Virus record (IMG/VR): IMGVR_UViG_2690316068_000001
Coordinates: 31,208 to 95,207 of that record
Strand: one strand, 5' to 3'
DNA: 64,000 bases
Origin: a virus
Taxonomy: Duplodnaviria > Heunggongvirae > Uroviricota > Caudoviricetes
Below, in pieces: positions 42,419 to 55,874 of this stretch. The notes below the pieces were generated by a model, which was not told the DNA's origin, did no database searches, and was given only the letters and a program-made list of their open reading frames with translations. A program made the position numbers and the translations under genes. Within the stretch, counting starts at the first letter, position 1; the number at the start of each line of letters is the position of its first letter.

Positions 42419-42667
42419 TTAATCAGCATTCAGGAGCAATGCGTTATCTATGATGATCTGCTCCCATTCTTCGAATGCCCGGTCGCGGACGCCCTGGGGA
42501 ACGCTGTTAGTTTTGAAATCGACGACCGTACGCCATTTCCCGTCCGGACGGTACATGCGCAGAGCTTTACTTCCCCCTTCCCTGCGCACCTCAACGTTAT
42601 GCTTATCAGCAAACTCTTGTAATGCTCGTAGCGTCCCATGCTTTACTGTGTAGTATCGCTTTTTCAA
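42419..42667 (-). CDS. lxc: Lxc/Bof-like small regulator
   Basis: 82-aa ORF downstream of ulx-like gene; by position and size. Confidence 0.45.
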   Translation of the reverse strand: MKKRYYTVKHGTLRALQEFADKHNVEVRREGGSKALRMYRPDGKWRTVVDFKTNSVPQGVRDRAFEEWEQIIIDNALLLNAD

Positions 42668-43104
42668 GTTTTCTCTCCAGCCTGTGCCAAGGCTTCAACT
42701 TCCAAATCGTAAGACTCAAACTCATAGTCCTGGTCGTCAACTTCTTCAGGCACTGGCAGTAAATGCCAGGCTGAGTATATCTGACCATTATCAAAACGCT
42801 CCTGGCTGTAGAGCGTCGCGGCTATGAGTGTTAGCGCCGGGCGGTCATAACGGTAAATTTTGCGAACGTCACGGTCAACGAGACGACCGAAATTACCATA
42901 ACCGCGCTCCAGTAATAATTTTTTAATTTCCGGCCAGTATGGACCATAGCTGCGGTACAGGCGGGGATTTTTCAGTAATCGCCCGCGTAGCCCTGACAGG
43001 AAGAAATCAACGTATTCGTCTTCTGTCTTTCCTAACAACGCTGTACGGAGTACCGCCTCAAGATATGTTTTATTCGGTTTTATTGTATCAGATAGTGTGG
43101 CCAT
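42664..43104 (-). CDS. ulx: Ulx-like protein (upstream of lxc, downstream of darB)
   Basis: 146-aa ORF between darB and lxc on same strand. Confidence 0.45.
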   Translation of the reverse strand: MATLSDTIKPNKTYLEAVLRTALLGKTEDEYVDFFLSGLRGRLLKNPRLYRSYGPYWPEIKKLLLERGYGNFGRLVDRDVRKIYRYDRPALTLIAATLYSQERFDNGQIYSAWHLLPVPEEVDDQDYEFESYDLEVEALAQAGEKT

Positions 43105-43137
43105 ATTATGCGACGCCCGGCGAACCGGGCGCTCCTG

Positions 43138-46100
43138 TTATGCGTATTGTTGGATGACGGCCAGAACGTCCGCCACGTTGTGTTTTGTCTCGATAATCCA
43201 CCAGTTACCCGGGAAATCGCTGTTCTTCGCCTTCGCTGGCAGCCAGCGAGCGCCGAATTTCGCCTTGATTGCGTCTTTCGCACGGAAAAGAACGCCTTTC
43301 ATGCCTGAGGCTTCCTGAAGCCCAAATACCTCGCCAGCGGCGAATTTTGGTGCGTACATCATCTTCAGGTCGGCGGTGGATACGCGATAATTCAGACCAA
43401 GAGACTGAGCTATGCTGGTGGCATCACCCTGTATTGATGATAACTCTTCTTGTTTCTCGTTTCTGGCGGCAATCTCTTCCTCCGTGATGTTGCCAAGGGC
43501 CAGGTTTATCCGATCAGCGTCGGCCTGTTTCTCTTCATCGGTGCGCCCGGCAAGAACCGTGTTAATTCTCTGCAATATCTCCACATGATTCTTGCGCATG
43601 CTGAGCAATTCCGGCGTAACCTCGTTAAGATCCACCAGCCCAAGGATGGCAAGGTCGGAAAACATTGATACCAGGTTGTAGGTCATGCGATAGCTGAGTT
43701 GACCATAGGCTGATGGCAACTTCACCGCATCCATTTGATAGGCATCCATAAATTTAGAGCCGTCGTTTACGACATCCGCTATTGCAGGTGTGATTTTCCC
43801 TGTGGTGGCGGCCTCCCTGATTGCTGTTACCCACGATTGAGTCAGCGCGGCGACTGCATGATTCAGATTGGCTTCCCGTTCTGCTGCGATGCGCGCGCTT
43901 GCTGCGTCCATTGCCTGCTTGATCTCGGCTTTATTGCTGTAAATGCCAATGGTGCCAAACTGTGCTGTGGTGATCTCATAATCTGACGCCCGGAACTCAT
44001 TGGTACCGAAAATGGCATTGGTGACTTCAAGTTCAGAATCCCCGTTACGAGTAGCCCCCTGGCTTGTTTTCTCCGGCATTCTGGCGATCGCATCCGCTAT
44101 TTTCTCCTGAATTGCTTCAGGGGATAGCGTATCTCCGTATGACGCGATTACATCGCCATAATTGGAGCCAAACAGTTCAACCAGGAATGCTTCTGCCGAA
44201 CGGATCTGGCGGTTATTCCCTTCCGACATCATACCAAGCACCCATTTTGCAATTGACGACTTCAGCGCGCCGTCACGGCGATCCGGGTAAACCGCATGCT
44301 TCAGTGGGTCCGTATAGGTACCAACAAAATCAATGCTATAGCCTGACTCTGTAGTCTGAACGCCGTATGAGTCAGTGATTTTGATCATGCCGCGCTGCTG
44401 GAAACGGTAGAAATCGTCACAGGAAACGATGTCGTTAATCCCGGCGATGGAGACGCCACCACTGATTTTCTGCATAACAGCATCTTCATCGGGAGTTACA
44501 TCAACCTGTTTATCCAGCGTCTTCACATCCCAGTTACCCGATTTGGTGCCTTTGAAGGTAAAGATGATCTCCACGTCTGCGCGCTGGCTGTCGAAGTCCA
44601 GCGACTTAATGCGAACGATATCACCGGCACAATCATAGTATTGGCCTACACGCCATGAGCGATCGCCGATAACAAGGAACTCATTCGCATGGTTAACCAG
44701 ATCAGGATCAACATCCAGAATGCCTTTATTTATTGCATCCTCCACCAGCGGGCGCAGGCGTTTGATATCCGTCGCGGCCTTCTGAGTACGGTTCAATAAT
44801 TTCTCATAGCGGGAGATGGCCTGAGAGATATTAGCCTTGCGCTGAATGGCGCTTTTCAACGACGCGCGATACTGTGCTAACAACATACGGTCTGTGTGAT
44901 GGACGCTACCCCAGCGGGCTTTCCAGTCTGCGTTATCAGCTGCTTTGGCCATTACCGCCTGTTTGAATTTGGCGACGTCGGCGGTGGTCTTTTCAAGTTC
45001 CGCTTTGCTTCGCTCCAATTCAGCGGTAAGTACCTCCACATCCTCACCAGCTGCGTGCTGCGCCTTGATGTAGTTCTGAAGGTCGATAGTAGCCTGTTCT
45101 TTCTGGCGAGCGCGTTTCGCAGCTTTCGCCTTATCCATTTGAACCTGCATCATTGCCAGACGTTCGCCGTCATCCTTCGCGGTATACATCTGCATTTCGA
45201 TCATATCGTTGGCGTCGGCGTTCTCCATTTCTGACTTATCTGAACGGAGGATATCGGAGATCCAGCCTGCTTTACGCTTCAGCGTCTTCAGTCGGTATTC
45301 ATCGAAAGACCCCTTGCCGCAGTAGTAGTGAACGCGAACGCTTGCACGGTTGGAGCCAACTCGGGCACCGCGACCGTTTCGTTGCGCAATACTGGCTGGA
45401 GTCCATGGCAACGTCAGATGATGGATGTCAGTCGTTCCTCGATGCAGGTTGATACCCACCTCTGCCTTTTTGTTGCAGATGATGATCGGAGTCCGGCCCT
45501 CCTGGAAGTCGGCTGCAATCTTTTCCAGACCGCCCAACGACATTTCATTTTGCTGCGCGATATAGGCGTCATACAGAGCCATTTGCTCGTTGTATTTCGC
45601 TATCTGTGCATCTGTTGGTTCATCCGGTAACTCTTTCGGCGGTTTAACCGCTTTCAGTTTCTTACCGGTTTTACCTGCCTCGGCAACCGTCTGAGCATTC
45701 AGTATCCCCACCTTTGAAGGTTCAAGGTTAAGAGCATTGCAGATAATGCGCTTGAGCTTCTGGTGCTGCGTTTTTTCATCGGTGAAGATGATTTGCTTAC
45801 CTTCCGGGAAAAACTCCTTCAGCGTGGCAATCAGCTTCGCGTATTTGGGCGTAACGGGGTGAGTTACGGTCTGTTCGTCAATGCCAAACCTGGCCAGGCG
45901 CTTATTCACTTCCTGCTCGAACGCTTCCGGAACCTGCAACTGAATAAACTCGCCCTTATCTATCAGGGAGTATTGCGATTGCTGCGTGATTGAATCATCA
46001 CTGTCGTCGTCTTCGCTGGTGGCTTGTTTAGGCAAACTGTCCGCCAGCTGCTGCACCGCATCGGCGTACTCCGGCAGGAAACGATAGGTGATCCGGCGAT

Positions 46101-49100
46101 AGTACAGGTCCATGTCAGTACATACGCGGTCCATATCCCTGATTATTGAGAAGATCGGACGGGCTTTCTCGTGCTCAATCACGCCGTCTTCATTGACCGA
46201 GGTCGTTACGCCATTGTTGGCTTTGGCCGCCGCTTCCGCCTGCTGACGCAATTCTTCATACGCCGCCAGTTGTTCTTCAGTAAGTGGTGCATCCTGCTGG
46301 TGTTCGTCCAGCTCCGGGATCTCCACGGTATCCTTAACGTCTTCCGCCGTTTTAAGCGTTACCCAGCGATGGAATATACCGCGCAGCGCATCAAGGTTTT
46401 CAAAGCCCACCAGCGCCATTTTTTCTTCAACTTCACCGCTAATTTTCTGTACCGTTTCCAGCCTGGTCTTGCCGAAGAATTTAACGAAGTCATCAGGACC
46501 GTAGATCCCCATGTTCTGCCAGTATTCCTTCGGCAGAACATGAGAAAGCATGTTGTATGCATCGATCGGGGTGTTAACGACTGGCGTTGCCGTCAGGAGA
46601 ACCGGTCCGCGCCCGCCATTCTTTTTCATCAAGTACGCGTTTTTGATTGCCATATCTCGCGCCGATTGCGCCACCGCGCTGGTGGGCAGATAGGCCAGCT
46701 GTGACGCTTCGCGACCATTTTTATAGCTATTGCGGTAGTTGTGGCCTTCGTCAGCAATCACGCTGTCGAAGCCCATATCCTCAAAGTACGGATACTTCTC
46801 TGCTTTTTCGGTACCGGTATCTGAATACTCCGACAATACCCGGCGACGCGCCGCCTCTTTGCGGTGGGAGTCGGAGTCCATTGCGCTGGCTACGCGCCCG
46901 GCGGCAACGAAGTCATAAAGCATGTCTTGTGCATGCTCATCTACGGTGTCATCACGTAGCGGAATGCGGGCGTATTGTTCTTTGGTAAACACGACTGCAC
47001 GGTAATTTGAGTGCGGGATCGCGTTCATCCGCGCCGTGATAGTGGCTTCATCTGCCAGCTTAAGAGCATCGCGCATAACTGGAGTGCCATCAGTACCAAG
47101 AACAGGTTTACCGTTCTCATTGAGCACCGGCACCTGGCGAATCTGATCGCCATCCATCAGCACATCAAGACCGACGAACAAGTAGTTACTGAATGCCTCT
47201 TCACTCAGGAATTCTTTTGCTTCGTAATACCAATTTTCCAGCACTGATTTAGGCACTACATACGCAGTACGGGTGGAGCGACCGTTCTCATAGTTGAACG
47301 CCTCAAGCGCCAGCGCGGTCGTGGTTTTACCCAGCCCGGTGCCGAAGCCCAGGATGCCGCGCCCATCTTCGGACAGTCGGCGCACCTCGCTATTCTGGTA
47401 ATCAAATGGCTGGCGCTTACCGCTTAATCCCTTCAACCCAAGCGGATCGCCAGAGTGTTCATACGGGATATTGCTATTGAACACATCGTTGTATTTGGCA
47501 ACCAGCTCATCGTAGCGATCGTGCGTCTTGATCCACTTATTGAACTGGTCCTCAAGCAGTGCCATCTGCTCGCGGTAGCCGTTCGCCGTCGCGCTATCTT
47601 TGCCACCGATACGCGCACCATTGAGATACTTTTCCAGCTGTGCCGGGAACCCGGTCGCGTTTTCACCTGATTTACGGTCCCACTCGTAGCGAATCTCACC
47701 TGTTTCTTTATCCTTGCGCTGGACGACACCGTATCGGTGCCCGACGAACAGACCATCACCACCGTGATAGGTGTCAGAAACCATTTCGTCGCCTTCCAGC
47801 TGCACTGACTGCACATAGCGCAGATCCGGATAGCCGTTTTCCTGCAAAAATTCCAGAATGACGGAACGGTCGAACCAACGGCTATTGAGCTTAAACCGGA
47901 TATTCTCTGCTGGCGTCTTGATGCGCTTCTCTTCGATAGCTGCCAGCTGATTAAGGACGTTGTTCTTTACTGGACCGTCGGGGAGTGTGGCGAGGAATTC
48001 CTGTTTTGGAGCCACTATCTCGTTAATGTCGCCGCTGGTGGCGCGGGCGAACGGAACAATCCCGCCATACGGTGAAACCGCAATACCAGGGGTGCTGGCC
48101 AATAAATTAAGCAACTCTTCATCACTGGCTGGCAGTTCGCCGGTAAACGCAAGGCGGAAATCATCGAGCTGGATTGGATCGCGGGTGAGATCGCTATAGA
48201 GATAACGCAGGGTGTCCTGATAGCTGGTGGAGTCATAACTTGCGCTGGAATCATGCGTAACCAGCTTCCCTGTCAGCTCGTCAGAAATAGTGCCATCCAG
48301 CTTAATTGCACCACGGAAAGCAAACCAGGCGCGCGCACCGCTCCCCGACAATTTCGCTATCGGACCGCGACCGGGGTTACCAAAACGGTCAATCTCTGCC
48401 TGCAAACGGGATACCAGAGAAAGGCGCTGCTGTTCGATTTGTTCAGCACTATGCCCGGCGGCCTTCATGTCCTGATATTCAATTAACATCCGGCCAATCA
48501 TCGCCCCGCGATACAAGCGTTCACGGTATTTTTCAGGCTGGCTGTTAATCCAGTCCACCAGCTGCACCATATCGTCGCTGATTGATGTGGTGTACTTATC
48601 GCGGACATTTGCCATCTGGGTAAATGTCATGCCGAGACGGCCTTCTGTTGTAGTCAGGTTACGCTGAAGAGCCTCCCAGCTATCCGCGCCATAACTGGCA
48701 GCATCGATCTTAAGTTCCTTCCCGGCATCAGCTTCAATCCAGCGACCACCAGCATATTTTTGCCATACGCCATTAATCAGGCGCATTTCCCCTTCACCAA
48801 CAACGTCTGCGGTCGGTGACGGTTCAGCCATATCGAGCAAAGACCAGTCGATACGGCTTTCGAAACGATGAATCAGCTTCGCTTTAAGAGCCTGGTTATC
48901 AATCTGACCGTCGGCACGAACCTCAATACGCCCCTGGAAGCCCTTTTCCTGGGTGCCATGAACAAACCGGCGGCCGTCCTTTTCAAACCACTTGCCAGAA
49001 ATAAACGTTGGCCAAAGCACATTTGCCGATTCGAGAGTGCTTTCATCCACCAGGGGGATTTTCTCAGCCATCTCTGCCGGATGTTTGCGCATCAGCACCA

Positions 49101-49905
49101 CATCAACGACTGTACTGGTCCCGTTTGCGTCAAAAGTACCGGTAGGCAAGCGGTGAGCGCCAAGAAATTCAGCTTTACGGGATAAGCGCAGGCGTAACCG
49201 CTTCATGTTTGAACCTGAAACAATGGACGGCGGCACAATCACACACATGAATCCGCCAGGTTTTATCTTGTCCAGCATGCGGAGCATGAAGTAAGACCCC
49301 ATGTCCGTTTCTTCTGCGTAAGGCTTATCGATGTTGCGTGTGTTATCACGACCGCCGAACGGAACGTTACCCACAACATGGTCGAATGAATCGTTAGGCG
49401 TGTTTATAGCCAGCTGTTCGAACGGGGAAATCTGTACGCTGTCTTCCGGGTGTAACAACTGGTTTATACGACCGGAAACACTGCTGATCTCAGTCGCGGT
49501 CATCACCGTACCAACCGGTTTTGTCTCATTAAAAACGCCGGTTCCCGCCGATGGTTCCAGAGTGTTACCTACGTCCGCGCCGTAGAGCTTCATGATCTCC
49601 CAGACACCTTCAGCGATAGGCTTTGGTGTGTAATATTCGGAGACGGACCCGCCAATGCCGCCTTCACCGGTGTACCCAGCCAGGATCTGGCGCTGTTCAT
49701 CTGTCAGTGTCGCGCCGTCCACCAGCGAATTAAGCAAATCTATCGCCTTCTGATTCGCCTCACGGCGCAGTCGGTCATAGCTTTTGCCTTCCACCTTTTC
49801 CACGCCGTATTTAATCGGCGCTCGGTGAGATGTTATTGCCCTAATGTATTTCAATATTTCGCTGACACTTGAACAGCGAAACACCCCCATAGATAGCTTG
49901 TTCAT
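43138..49905 (-). CDS. darB: DarB antirestriction protein (methyltransferase + SF2 helicase fusion)
   Basis: 2255 aa; N-terminal MTase-like motifs (LEPSAGTGVF, GNVPFGG); helicase Walker A GFGTGLGKTT and DEGH box; matches P1 DarB size and position. Confidence 0.85.
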   Translation of the reverse strand: MNKLSMGVFRCSSVSEILKYIRAITSHRAPIKYGVEKVEGKSYDRLRREANQKAIDLLNSLVDGATLTDEQRQILAGYTGEGGIGGSVSEYYTPKPIAEGVWEIMKLYGADVGNTLEPSAGTGVFNETKPVGTVMTATEISSVSGRINQLLHPEDSVQISPFEQLAINTPNDSFDHVVGNVPFGGRDNTRNIDKPYAEETDMGSYFMLRMLDKIKPGGFMCVIVPPSIVSGSNMKRLRLRLSRKAEFLGAHRLPTGTFDANGTSTVVDVVLMRKHPAEMAEKIPLVDESTLESANVLWPTFISGKWFEKDGRRFVHGTQEKGFQGRIEVRADGQIDNQALKAKLIHRFESRIDWSLLDMAEPSPTADVVGEGEMRLINGVWQKYAGGRWIEADAGKELKIDAASYGADSWEALQRNLTTTEGRLGMTFTQMANVRDKYTTSISDDMVQLVDWINSQPEKYRERLYRGAMIGRMLIEYQDMKAAGHSAEQIEQQRLSLVSRLQAEIDRFGNPGRGPIAKLSGSGARAWFAFRGAIKLDGTISDELTGKLVTHDSSASYDSTSYQDTLRYLYSDLTRDPIQLDDFRLAFTGELPASDEELLNLLASTPGIAVSPYGGIVPFARATSGDINEIVAPKQEFLATLPDGPVKNNVLNQLAAIEEKRIKTPAENIRFKLNSRWFDRSVILEFLQENGYPDLRYVQSVQLEGDEMVSDTYHGGDGLFVGHRYGVVQRKDKETGEIRYEWDRKSGENATGFPAQLEKYLNGARIGGKDSATANGYREQMALLEDQFNKWIKTHDRYDELVAKYNDVFNSNIPYEHSGDPLGLKGLSGKRQPFDYQNSEVRRLSEDGRGILGFGTGLGKTTTALALEAFNYENGRSTRTAYVVPKSVLENWYYEAKEFLSEEAFSNYLFVGLDVLMDGDQIRQVPVLNENGKPVLGTDGTPVMRDALKLADEATITARMNAIPHSNYRAVVFTKEQYARIPLRDDTVDEHAQDMLYDFVAAGRVASAMDSDSHRKEAARRRVLSEYSDTGTEKAEKYPYFEDMGFDSVIADEGHNYRNSYKNGREASQLAYLPTSAVAQSARDMAIKNAYLMKKNGGRGPVLLTATPVVNTPIDAYNMLSHVLPKEYWQNMGIYGPDDFVKFFGKTRLETVQKISGEVEEKMALVGFENLDALRGIFHRWVTLKTAEDVKDTVEIPELDEHQQDAPLTEEQLAAYEELRQQAEAAAKANNGVTTSVNEDGVIEHEKARPIFSIIRDMDRVCTDMDLYYRRITYRFLPEYADAVQQLADSLPKQATSEDDDSDDSITQQSQYSLIDKGEFIQLQVPEAFEQEVNKRLARFGIDEQTVTHPVTPKYAKLIATLKEFFPEGKQIIFTDEKTQHQKLKRIICNALNLEPSKVGILNAQTVAEAGKTGKKLKAVKPPKELPDEPTDAQIAKYNEQMALYDAYIAQQNEMSLGGLEKIAADFQEGRTPIIICNKKAEVGINLHRGTTDIHHLTLPWTPASIAQRNGRGARVGSNRASVRVHYYCGKGSFDEYRLKTLKRKAGWISDILRSDKSEMENADANDMIEMQMYTAKDDGERLAMMQVQMDKAKAAKRARQKEQATIDLQNYIKAQHAAGEDVEVLTAELERSKAELEKTTADVAKFKQAVMAKAADNADWKARWGSVHHTDRMLLAQYRASLKSAIQRKANISQAISRYEKLLNRTQKAATDIKRLRPLVEDAINKGILDVDPDLVNHANEFLVIGDRSWRVGQYYDCAGDIVRIKSLDFDSQRADVEIIFTFKGTKSGNWDVKTLDKQVDVTPDEDAVMQKISGGVSIAGINDIVSCDDFYRFQQRGMIKITDSYGVQTTESGYSIDFVGTYTDPLKHAVYPDRRDGALKSSIAKWVLGMMSEGNNRQIRSAEAFLVELFGSNYGDVIASYGDTLSPEAIQEKIADAIARMPEKTSQGATRNGDSELEVTNAIFGTNEFRASDYEITTAQFGTIGIYSNKAEIKQAMDAASARIAAEREANLNHAVAALTQSWVTAIREAATTGKITPAIADVVNDGSKFMDAYQMDAVKLPSAYGQLSYRMTYNLVSMFSDLAILGLVDLNEVTPELLSMRKNHVEILQRINTVLAGRTDEEKQADADRINLALGNITEEEIAARNEKQEELSSIQGDATSIAQSLGLNYRVSTADLKMMYAPKFAAGEVFGLQEASGMKGVLFRAKDAIKAKFGARWLPAKAKNSDFPGNWWIIETKHNVADVLAVIQQYA

Positions 49906-49972
49906 TGGTAATCCTTAACAAGTGACTAGTGTTAAATTTCCGTTCAAACACGATGCGAATTATTCTAATTAA

Positions 49973-52703
<2,731 letters not shown>

Positions 52704-52711
52704 CCACCAAA

Positions 52712-52742
52712 AATAACCCCGGCGGCTGCCGGGGTTATCGTT
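52712..52742 (+). terminator. rho-independent terminator
   Basis: AACCCCGGCGGCTGCCGGGGTT hairpin then T-rich. Confidence 0.7.
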
Positions 52743-52747
52743 AACTA

Positions 52748-53002
52748 TTATCGCCTTCGCCTGCGTGCCATATATTTGCGCACCGCGCGGCGTGGACAAT
52801 CTGAAGCGGTTTCTTTCTGCTGCATCAATCTTGCAGCCATGCTCAAAAATGTCAGGCACAGTCGAAGCCCAGCATACAATAGCGGTTCCAGTGGCCACGT
52901 CTCATTGAGCACATATACCGCCATGAAAATCGAGTCGAAAACTATCGCCGCCAGCGATAACTTCATTGTCGAAAGTCGGCGGAGCTGCCGGAGTTTATTC
53001 AT
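52748..53002 (-). CDS. putative lysis accessory membrane protein
   Basis: 84-aa ORF with hydrophobic segment directly downstream of lyz on same strand. Confidence 0.35.
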   Translation of the reverse strand: MNKLRQLRRLSTMKLSLAAIVFDSIFMAVYVLNETWPLEPLLYAGLRLCLTFLSMAARLMQQKETASDCPRRAVRKYMARRRRR

Positions 53003-53552
53003 TGACCAGTCCCGTCAGGCAAAGCTGGCGTTCTTTTTCACGGCGAATCTTTAAACCTCGCAGGGGCACGCCGTTACTGTTCACGAAATCAGGGAGATGG
53101 TTACACATATTCACCCATTCCCCTTTCTGCGCCCACTTGTGGATGGACGTTTCTACTCGCATGCCTCGCGCTTTGCTGTAGTAGGTCCGTAAGCTATTGC
53201 ATCCCATATTGAATGCCGCGCTTGTCATTGCACTGAAGGCATTATCGGGCATGTCTTTGCCCCGGAAGTGCTGATTAATACAGCGTTCAGCGATCAGGAT
53301 ATTCTTTTCCCAATCAGCGGCGATTTGCTGGTCGTTTTTTCGCACACCCGGCGTTACCCCGTGTGTATTACCGATCCCGTCAGTCCATACCCCCGCCGGG
53401 CACATGTATGGATCACGTCGGCAACCTTCAGCGTTACCAATCAGCTCAAGCCCCGCCTGGTTGGTTCGCACATTGCCATTACCCATCACGATGGTAATCA
53501 TCACCGCGATAGCGCAAATTGCACCGCCTCCTGCGGCTGTTTTTCCCTTCAT
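52995..53552 (-). CDS. lyz: SAR endolysin (T4-lysozyme family)
   Basis: 185 aa from MKGKTAAGG; N-terminal SAR-like hydrophobic segment; T4-lysozyme-like catalytic region GLELIGNAEGCRRD...TDGIGNTHG. Confidence 0.85.
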   Translation of the reverse strand: MKGKTAAGGGAICAIAVMITIVMGNGNVRTNQAGLELIGNAEGCRRDPYMCPAGVWTDGIGNTHGVTPGVRKNDQQIAADWEKNILIAERCINQHFRGKDMPDNAFSAMTSAAFNMGCNSLRTYYSKARGMRVETSIHKWAQKGEWVNMCNHLPDFVNSNGVPLRGLKIRREKERQLCLTGLVNE

Positions 53553-53686
53553 AAAGACCTCATAAGCGAATTTTTTACGCTCCAGGACAAACACTCATTC
53601 ACAGCCAATACCGACTGACTCGATCCCTTTAGAAGGCACAGGATAATGCAAATCACTTGTTAGCTACGTTTCAAAGATATACATTA

Positions 53687-53703
53687 TTGCTCTAATTAAT
53701 TTA
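53687..53703 (+). promoter_or_regulatory. C1 operator match upstream of ssb
   Basis: ATTGCTCTAATTAATTT. Confidence 0.6.
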
Positions 53704-53721
53704 TTTTATTAGGTAAGATAA

Positions 53722-54210
53722 GTGGCACAACGCGGTGTAAACAAAGTCATCCTGATTGGTACCCTGGGGCAAGACCCGGAGATCAGGTATATACCAAATG
53801 GCGGAGCGGTCGGAAGACTCAGCATCGCAACGAATGAATCATGGCGCGACAAGCAAACGGGCCAACAGAAAGAGCAAACAGAATGGCATAAAGTCGTTTT
53901 GTTCGGAAAACTTGCTGAAATTGCGAGTGAGTATTTACGAAAAGGTTCTCAGGTCTACATCGAAGGGAAACTTAAAACCCGTAAGTGGACAGATGACGCC
54001 GGTGTAGAACGTTACACGACGGAAATTATCGTCAGCCAGGGCGGCACCATGCAAATGATCGGCGCTCGCCGTGACGATTCACAGTCCTCAAATGGCTGGG
54101 GGCAATCAAACCAACCTCAAAACCACCAGCAATACAGTGGTGGCGGTAAACCTCAGAGCAACGCCAATAACGAACCTCCAATGGACTTTGACGACGATAT
54201 TCCGTTTTGA
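53722..54210 (+). CDS. ssb: single-stranded DNA-binding protein
   Basis: Near-identical layout to E. coli SSB ([19 protein letters not shown]...[30 protein letters not shown]...), Gly/Gln-rich linker, acidic tail DFDDDIPF. Confidence 0.95.
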   Translation: MAQRGVNKVILIGTLGQDPEIRYIPNGGAVGRLSIATNESWRDKQTGQQKEQTEWHKVVLFGKLAEIASEYLRKGSQVYIEGKLKTRKWTDDAGVERYTTEIIVSQGGTMQMIGARRDDSQSSNGWGQSNQPQNHQQYSGGGKPQSNANNEPPMDFDDDIPF

Positions 54211-54407
54211 ATGTGTAAAAAACGACTGAAAGAAAAGCGGTGGTCCAGACGCCGACAAAAGCACGAACTCGCAAACAAACGCCAAAGTTGGCAATGGCAC
54301 ACGCTTTTCACGAAAAGAACACCCCGAGATATTGCGTTCGCTGGTGGGAAAACATTCCTGACCCACCTGAAGGCGCAATACATCAGGTTTTAAGCAGAGG
54401 AAAGACT

Positions 54408-55085
54408 ATGAATAACATGACAACGAAAGAGCTTTTGACGGCACTTCCAAAATACAAAAGCCATAAAACAGTTCGCGCCTCAAAAATCAAAGATATCGAA
54501 ATTATCGCCCTAATGGATGTGGTCCTTTTTTGCAACATCGAAGTCGTTGAGCCAGAAGGGGTAAAAGTCCATGTTGATAAAATATTTTTGCAAAAACACC
54601 GACCAGAAATTGGCGGATATCTGGTCGCTTATGAGGACGGATCTCTGTCCTATTCACCAGAAAAAACATTTGAAGAAGGCTTTAGTCGGACTAACGACTT
54701 CTTCGAAAATGGGGTATCGCTCAGCATTGAAGGTCACAATGGGGTGACATTCATTACAGCCAGGGACGTAACTATTTCTGCTGGCGGTATCGCTACTCTA
54801 CAAGAAGAAATCGACCTTGAAGCAGCCGACTTTTCTGACGCGCTGATGTGGCTGAAGGATGGCAAGAAAGTTGCTCGACGCGGGTGGAACGGCGAAAACC
54901 AATTCTGCTGGCTGGTTCCTGAAGGACAGTACCCGGCACGAATGGAAGCCATTAAGGGATATTTCCCCGGCGACCTCGTTCCGTATGGTGCTTATTTCGC
55001 CTTAAAAAATGCACAAGGTGTAGTTGTTCCGTGGGTTCCTTCTGTAGGCGACTTACTGGCATGTGACTGGTTTGTAGTGGAGTGA
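54408..55085 (+). CDS. two-domain protein with C-terminal DUF2829-like (Tad2-like) domain
   Basis: C-terminal ...FSDALMWLKDGKKVARRGWNGENQFCWLVPEG...VVPWVPSVGDLLACDWFVVE resembles DUF2829 signature as I recall it. Confidence 0.4.
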   Translation: MNNMTTKELLTALPKYKSHKTVRASKIKDIEIIALMDVVLFCNIEVVEPEGVKVHVDKIFLQKHRPEIGGYLVAYEDGSLSYSPEKTFEEGFSRTNDFFENGVSLSIEGHNGVTFITARDVTISAGGIATLQEEIDLEAADFSDALMWLKDGKKVARRGWNGENQFCWLVPEGQYPARMEAIKGYFPGDLVPYGAYFALKNAQGVVVPWVPSVGDLLACDWFVVE

Positions 55086-55091
55086 TTTAAC

Positions 55092-55874
55092 GTGGAAAAT
55101 ACTAAAGCAATTCAATACCGCCTGCGTAATGGCCAGAGTGTCGAAGTGACCATCAATAATGATGGAGTACCTGGCGAAAAGGTTTCTATCTCTGATCTGG
55201 CTATCGAAAAAACCATCATGTGCCACCTTGGCTTTACTGAAGAAGTGAGCAAAAAGCATGGTGTAGCAATCTGGAGCGCAATGGATACTGGTATGCGCAA
55301 ATTCATTACTGCTCGTACCCCAGGGATGACCATGATGGACCTCATGCAGATTGCGCCGCTGTTTGAATGTGAGCCTTTAGATGTATTCAGCAATCCAGCT
55401 ATCTGCCAGCAGTTATATGGTGAGATGAAACTCGCGGTTACCCCCATTGTGCTGCATGAAGGATCGCTTGCTGGCGTGTGGAAAGTGGAGCGTATTTCAA
55501 GCTACATGCCTTTCCATGTCAACGGCGTAATCACTGGTGAAAATCAACCTGTTTCCGTTATAAAGTCAGACCTCAAGCGCGCAATTCTTGAAGCAAGTTG
55601 TCGAGTTGTCGGCCTGGGCAAACAGTCTTATGTTTCCTTCCCGGCTGGCCCTGAAGGCCCGGCAGAAATTCTGATTATGGATGCCGATCTGCTCTGGCAA
55701 ATACAGTTTCTGATTGGCAAAAGCATCATCCGCGCTGAAGAACTCGATCAGTACATTACCTGCACGATGACGGATGAAGTCAAAAGTGTGGCTATAGCCA
55801 ATGCCCGGAACCTATGTCGTGCTGCATTAACAGAACTGCAAGAAAACACCACGGAAGAAGTGGAAAGCGATTAA
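55092..55874 (+). CDS. hypothetical protein
   Basis: 260-aa ORF, GTG start 7 nt after upstream stop. Confidence 0.4.
   Translation: MENTKAIQYRLRNGQSVEVTINNDGVPGEKVSISDLAIEKTIMCHLGFTEEVSKKHGVAIWSAMDTGMRKFITARTPGMTMMDLMQIAPLFECEPLDVFSNPAICQQLYGEMKLAVTPIVLHEGSLAGVWKVERISSYMPFHVNGVITGENQPVSVIKSDLKRAILEASCRVVGLGKQSYVSFPAGPEGPAEILIMDADLLWQIQFLIGKSIIRAEELDQYITCTMTDEVKSVAIANARNLCRAALTELQENTTEEVESD

Noticed and set aside
43138-49905. Numerous 60-180 aa ORFs on the plus strand inside darB (and similar antisense ORFs inside ddrB, darA, dmt, pacB)
   Set aside because: Shadow ORFs on the opposite strand of long, well-supported genes; no independent signals.
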